From Veleropilina oligotropha (lineage: Eukaryota): a DNA stretch of 64,000 bases. Every line of letters begins with the position of its first letter. Position 1 is the stretch's first letter. A model generated the notes under the pieces. The model made no database searches. It saw only the letters and a program-made list of their open reading frames with translations, and had not been told where the DNA came from. Location: the NCBI GenBank assembly GCA_048128005.1, contig JBEUKZ010000047.1:310001-374000 (forward strand), in the 5' to 3' direction. Positions 59,028 to 64,000 of the stretch are shown piece by piece. The position numbers and the translations under genes were made by a program.

Positions 59028-59690
59028 ATTGTGTGTTTAGTGTTTCATCACCCGAGGTCCCCGCCCACCCCGGAGCCCAACAAGGGGGCATTTGATGGGT
59101 GCGGAATTCCAGCACCCAATGCCAGGGATACCCGGGTGATATACTCAAATAAGTAAATGAATGTAATGGTGGGAAGTGTATATCCCACCATTCATTACTC
59201 ACTTGATTGACCCTTCAGCCACCGCCTTCTGGGATAAAGATCAATTGATGGTAAGTGATCTATTGTATTAAGAATTATAAAATGTAATAATAAATGATGT
59301 TATTTATTAATGTTATATTATCCCAGGGCTTGGCGTGACAAGCCGATTGATCAGATAGGGCCTATCTGACCACCCGTCTAGCAGAATCAGAGGCCAAAGT
59401 AGTGTGTTGCCTCAGCCTAGGCTGAAGCTCAACTACCAGGATCCTCTTCTCCATACGACACGGGACGCCACCCACGGCAAACAGGTGGCTCCCATTTGGG
59501 GGGATCTTACCCCTCTGCAGGGAGAGCAGTCGGCATATTCTAACCCCTAACCGACTGGGGGGGGGGACTTTCTTCCCATCCTTGAACATTGTCAGGCGTG
59601 TAACCTTGATTACACCCTGACTAGCCATGCCTTCCAGCAGTTCAGGTTCACTGCATCCCTGCAGGTCCCTGGATCTAATAACTCCCTTGG

Positions 59691-62600
59691 TTTGATTTGA
59701 TTTGATGTTTAACGACCACGCCGACACTATAATGGTCATAATCGGGTCGGTCAAGTTAATTATACAATAGTTTAATATAAAATGTTAAAAGTTGAGATAT
59801 ATATTTACTTATAAAATATCAATGCAATAAAACATATGTGATAAATAATAAAAACAAATCAATATATTTACAAGTAAAATAAACTATGCAAATTTAGATA
59901 AAAATAAGATCAAATGTTTGCTAAAAACGAGTATAATAAAAAGTATAATAATAAAATAAAATAAATATATATAGAATTTAGTCAAAGGAAATAAAAGTAT
60001 AAATAAAATTATAACTTATGGAAAATATTTACCTGTTTTAAAAATTCAAATACGGCTTCGAGCTTATTAAGATTAAATAACTCTTGGAGTGAATTTGCCC
60101 TAAAATACCCTTGGCGTGCGAGATCCAAATCGACACAATCCAATAATATATGTTTAATTGTTAGGGCAGTTGCACAAGGAATACACTCGGGTGGAGGCTC
60201 CCCTTTAAGCAAGTAGGAGTGAGTGTAGTGAGAATGCCCAATTCTCAGTCTGGCCAAGACGACCTCCTCTCGCCGAGATGGCCTGCAAGAGGGTCCCCAG
60301 TCACCAAGAAGAGGTTGGACATTCTGCAGTTTATTCCTTGTGCATTCACTCCAAGAGTGCTGCCAAGTAGAATTTATATATTTGTTTATGCTTTGTTTAA
60401 AATCTGAGTGTGGTAGTTTACAATTTAGTATATTGTTAAAATTTGAGGCTGCCTTGGCAGCTTGGTCAGCCTTCTCATTGCCTTGGATACCGATATGGCT
60501 CGGTATCCAGCATAAAACAATGTCATTGTCAGGTAAAAGGTTGTTATAGTTTAATAAAATTTCCTGAACAATAACATTTCTATTCATCTCCCTCAGTGCT
60601 TGTAAGCTAGAGAGGGAGTCTGAATAGATAATAAAACGCCGTTTAGTACTTGTAGAGATAAAATTAAGAGCAAGCTCGATTGCTTTTAGTTCTGCAGTAT
60701 ATATAGTCGCGCTGCCTGGCAGACGGTTTTGAAAACATTGTCTGCCAGTGACAGCGGCTGCTCCTACCAATTCTGCATCTTTTGAACCATCTGTGTATAT
60801 GCTTGCACGATCTGAATATTTTAATTTCAGATCGTGCACTTTTATGAGATAATCTGATGTGTCTGTGTTTGATTTTTTGAGTGATGTAAGTTGTAGATCA
60901 ATTACCGGTACTTTTAGTGTCCATGGTGGAGTATCCGGAATGTGAATTGTTTTAATTTGACCTACATGTATGCCTGCGTTTTCTAGTGCTGGTTTTATGC
61001 GGATGCCAAACGGTGCAATTTTGTTTGGTTTTGCCTGAAATAGATTTTCGTAATTTGGTGTATAGACAGTTTCGAAAGCTGGGTTAGATGGATTTGATTT
61101 TAATTTTATTGCATATTGTAGTGATAGTTTTTCACGTCTGAGTGTAAGAGATGGTTCATTGGCTTCGACATAGAGGCTTTCCATGGGTGATGTGCGAAAA
61201 GCCCCTAATGCAAGTCGAAGCCCTTGATTATGGATTGGATCAAGCATTTTAAGATATGAATGGCGAGCAGAGCCATATACTATGCTCCCATAATCGAGTT
61301 TTGATCTAATTAATGATCTATATAGTCGTAATAAAACTGTTTTATCAGCACCCCATTCAGTATTAGAAACTACTTTCATTATATTTAAAGCCTTTTTACA
61401 TTTGGCTTTGATGTATTTTAAATGAGGTATGAAAGACAGTTTTCGGTCAAATATAAGGCCTAAAAATTTAAATTGATCTACCACTGGAATCTCAAAGTCA
61501 TCCAGCTTTAACACAGGGTCGTCATGTATTTCACGACGCTGGCAGAAGTGCATGCATTTAGTTTTGTCCTTTGAGAATTTAAATCCGTTCTCATCGGACC
61601 ATATCTGTAATTTATTTAGGCCATGTTGTAGCTGGCGTTCTATACTGTTCATATTTGTTGAACGATAGCAAATGCCAAAATCGTCAACAAATAAAGAACA
61701 GTCAGTGCCAGCACTAATACATTTGACGATACTGTTTATTTTAATACTGAATAGGGTGACTGATAAAATGCTTCCTTGAGGGACACCCATCTCCTGGTCG
61801 TGGATATCGGAGAGGGTGTCACCCACCTTAACGTTAAAATTTCTATCCTCAAGGAATTTCGAAATAAAATTGGGCAAGTGGCCCTTTAAACCAAAATCAA
61901 ACAAATCCTTCATAATGCCGTACTTCCAAGTAGTGTCGTAGGCCTTCTCTAGATCGAAAAAAACAGCAACTAAATGTTGTCTGTTTAGGAAGGCCTCACG
62001 AACAAAAGTTTCCAGACGTACCAAGTGATCTGTGGTGCTCCGGTTGCGCCGGAACCCACTTTGATATTCTGTAAGTAAATTATTTGATTCAAGATACCAA
62101 ACTAATCTCTCGTTTATCATCCGTTCCATGGTTTTGCAAATACAACTCGTCAGGGCTATGGGTCGATAACTGTTAGGATTTGATGTATCTTTTCCCGCCT
62201 TTGCAATTGGGATAACTGTAGCTTCCCTCCACGAGGGAGGGAAGGTTCCAGTTTCCCAGATAGTATTGAATATTGCAAGTAGAGTTGTAAGTGATGTTCC
62301 AGGTAAGTGCTTAAGTAATTGATAGTGAATGTCATCAGGGCCAACTGATGTGTCATGTGCCTTGTTTAGTGAATCTGCGAGTTCCTTTTGTGAAAATGGC
62401 TGATTGTATGACTCTGTGTTGTTGGATCTAAAATTGAGCCTTGTTTTTTCTTTTTGATGCTTAAAACGGCTGAATTTTGGAGTGCAGTTGTCGGATGATG
62501 AATTGGCAGAAAAGGTATCTGCCAATGTGTTTGCAATGTCTTTAGCTGTGGTTGCTTCTGATGTGTTTGTTTTAAGGTGCTTGATGCAGTTGGGTGTATG

Positions 62601-64000
62601 TTTGCCACTAATTTTACGGATCATATCCCATGTTTTTTTAATAGTGGAACGAGAGTTTAGTTTGGTAACGTAGGAATGCCAGGATTCCCTTTTGCTGTGC
62701 TTGATGGTACGTCTGGCTTGTGCTCTTAATAGCCTAAAGCTATTAAGATTTTGTAGTGTTGGGTGCTGTTTAAATGTTGAAATTGCATGTATGCGTGCTT
62801 TGATTGCTTGTCTGCAGTCTTCATTAAACCAAGGTTTATTTTTGTGTTTGGCATTTGGACAGGTCTTTGGAATTGAGAGTGTTGCAATGTCATGTAGTGT
62901 TGTAGAGAAACTTGATATTGGGTCTTCGCCATGAGTTAATTGATGTGAGTGTAATTGCTCTTCGCAAAGTGATTGGAATTTCTCCCAATCTGCTTTGCGA
63001 AGTTTCCACCTTTCTGTATGTTCTTGTGCTTGATAGATTGTGCTTTCCATGAAAATTGGAAAGTGGTCGCTTCCGTGGAGGTCCTCACCAACTTTCCAAT
63101 TAAAGTCCAGGAAAGCGGATGGGTCGCACATGGTAAGGTCAATGGTGGTAAGTGAACCTGTAGGTGGATGCATGTATGTTGGCGATTTGGTAGTGTTAAA
63201 TAGACACAAATTGTGTCTCCCAATAAAGTCCTCTATTTGATGTCCCCGTTTATCTGTGTCAGTACCGCCCCAATCAGTACTGTGGGCGTTAAAATCGCCA
63301 CACAGTAAAAATGGGGTCGATAGCTGATCGATGAGATCGTCAAGGTCAGTAGGTCGTAAGTTTGTACCAGGTGGTAAGTATACCGAGCAGATTGTTATTA
63401 CTCGGTGAGTCGATATTTTCACTGCTACTGCCTGTAAGTTAGTGTTTAAGTTGACTTGACTGTGTGGTGTTTTGTTGTTGACTATGATTGAAACCCCCCC
63501 TGTAGCCTTGTCACCAGTGGTGACAATGTGGTTGTATAGTGAGTGCTCTTTGATGCGTATGTTGTCTGTGAGTTTCATGTAAGTTTCATTGAGACAAAAT
63601 GCGGTTGGTTTGTGTTCTTGAATTAATAGACTTATCTCATCAATATTCGGTTTAATGCCTCTACAATTCCATTGTATTATTGTGCCTGACATGTTGGTTT
63701 AATGGTGTGTATTAAGTGATTTGCTTGTAATGTTAATTTTAAATTTGCCTATTTATTCGGTGGAAGTACGGGCTTAATGGACATTTTCGGCTTCGCTTTG
63801 GACTGCCGATCCAATGGTTGGTCGCTTTCCATTGAATCGTCGGCAGGAGGAGGTGGCCCAGGTGGATCGGGGCTCTCCTTCGTCTGCTGGTGTAATTTTT
63901 CTGCTGCCTCTCTCCCACCCTTCGTGGCAGCAGCAACAATTTCCAGCGCGAGGTCCTCTATAATGCTATCGGTATTATCAATTTGGTCATCTGATGGTTC
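59691..64000 (-). mobile_element. Copy B3, runs off the window
   Basis: (TTTGA)n tail at 59691 directly after A-type ORF1 sequence. B-type 3' UTR, ORF2 and the end of ORF1 (63749-64000). Confidence 0.93.
60009..63692 (-). CDS. B3 ORF2 APE-RT-RNase H (1227 aa, intact)
   Basis: The protein appears identical to B2 ORF2. Confidence 0.96.
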   Translation of the reverse strand: MSGTIIQWNCRGIKPNIDEISLLIQEHKPTAFCLNETYMKLTDNIRIKEHSLYNHIVTTGDKATGGVSIIVNNKTPHSQVNLNTNLQAVAVKISTHRVITICSVYLPPGTNLRPTDLDDLIDQLSTPFLLCGDFNAHSTDWGGTDTDKRGHQIEDFIGRHNLCLFNTTKSPTYMHPPTGSLTTIDLTMCDPSAFLDFNWKVGEDLHGSDHFPIFMESTIYQAQEHTERWKLRKADWEKFQSLCEEQLHSHQLTHGEDPISSFSTTLHDIATLSIPKTCPNAKHKNKPWFNEDCRQAIKARIHAISTFKQHPTLQNLNSFRLLRAQARRTIKHSKRESWHSYVTKLNSRSTIKKTWDMIRKISGKHTPNCIKHLKTNTSEATTAKDIANTLADTFSANSSSDNCTPKFSRFKHQKEKTRLNFRSNNTESYNQPFSQKELADSLNKAHDTSVGPDDIHYQLLKHLPGTSLTTLLAIFNTIWETGTFPPSWREATVIPIAKAGKDTSNPNSYRPIALTSCICKTMERMINERLVWYLESNNLLTEYQSGFRRNRSTTDHLVRLETFVREAFLNRQHLVAVFFDLEKAYDTTWKYGIMKDLFDFGLKGHLPNFISKFLEDRNFNVKVGDTLSDIHDQEMGVPQGSILSVTLFSIKINSIVKCISAGTDCSLFVDDFGICYRSTNMNSIERQLQHGLNKLQIWSDENGFKFSKDKTKCMHFCQRREIHDDPVLKLDDFEIPVVDQFKFLGLIFDRKLSFIPHLKYIKAKCKKALNIMKVVSNTEWGADKTVLLRLYRSLIRSKLDYGSIVYGSARHSYLKMLDPIHNQGLRLALGAFRTSPMESLYVEANEPSLTLRREKLSLQYAIKLKSNPSNPAFETVYTPNYENLFQAKPNKIAPFGIRIKPALENAGIHVGQIKTIHIPDTPPWTLKVPVIDLQLTSLKKSNTDTSDYLIKVHDLKLKYSDRASIYTDGSKDAELVGAAAVTGRQCFQNRLPGSATIYTAELKAIELALNFISTSTKRRFIIYSDSLSSLQALREMNRNVIVQEILLNYNNLLPDNDIVLCWIPSHIGIQGNEKADQAAKAASNFNNILNCKLPHSDFKQSINKYINSTWQHSWSECTRNKLQNVQPLLGDWGPSCRPSRREEVVLARLRIGHSHYTHSYLLKGEPPPECIPCATALTIKHILLDCVDLDLARQGYFRANSLQELFNLNKLEAVFEFLKQVNIFHKL

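Larger units (their letters stand above)
53473..59562 (-). mobile_element. Full-length I-group retrotransposon, copy E, nested in A3 ORF1
   Basis: TSD GGGGACTTTCT (11 bp) at 53462-53472 and 59563-59573. Both ORFs are intact. Confidence 0.96.
1..59690. repeat. ~21 kb tandem segmental repeat, about three copies, each modified by later insertions
   Basis: Shared junctions at offsets 20520, 20027, ~26066 and 47204. The unit is CR1/SINEs, A, spacer, satellite, B, spacer, hAT. Confidence 0.88.
48455..59690 (-). mobile_element. Copy A3, ORF1 interrupted by E and then joined to B3
   Basis: Same left flank as A1. A-type sequence at 48455-53472 and 59563-59690. Confidence 0.92.
52532..59690 (-). pseudogene. 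A3 ORF1, split by nested insertions
   Basis: C-terminal part at 52532-53472 and the middle piece KGVIRSRDL...DGKKVP at 59563-59690. Confidence 0.88.

Noticed and set aside
1251..64000. LTR retrotransposon, retrovirus or bacterial retron/group II intron interpretation of the RT genes
   Set aside because: There are no LTRs, protease or integrase. The APE-RT-RNase H order, simple-repeat tails and variable TSDs indicate non-LTR elements.

Overview
Eukaryotic (probably invertebrate animal) repeat-dense DNA with no recognisable host gene. About three quarters of the window is one young family of ~6.1 kb I-group (I/Nimb-like) non-LTR retrotransposons. Each has a zinc-knuckle ORF1, a 1227-aa APE endonuclease-RT-RNase H ORF2 and a (TCAAA)n tail. 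There are nine copies (labelled A1, B1, C, A2, B2, D, A3, E, B3), all on the minus strand and repeatedly nested in each other's ORF1. They sit in a ~21 kb tandemly repeated unit (about three copies). The unit also holds a 29-bp satellite, a decayed CR1/L2-like LINE, two SINE copies and a hAT transposon with a 5-bp TSD that carries a small Helitron. The most notable signal is RNA structure in the 5' UTRs. Element C begins exactly at a well-formed HDV-like self-cleaving ribozyme (24299-24374). The other copies have an unrelated 72-nt pseudoknot-like module in the same position. Both modules lead into a shared ~450-500 nt multi-stem structure with compensatory base changes that ends just before ORF1, a candidate IRES-like element. 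All folds were derived by eye and are untested.
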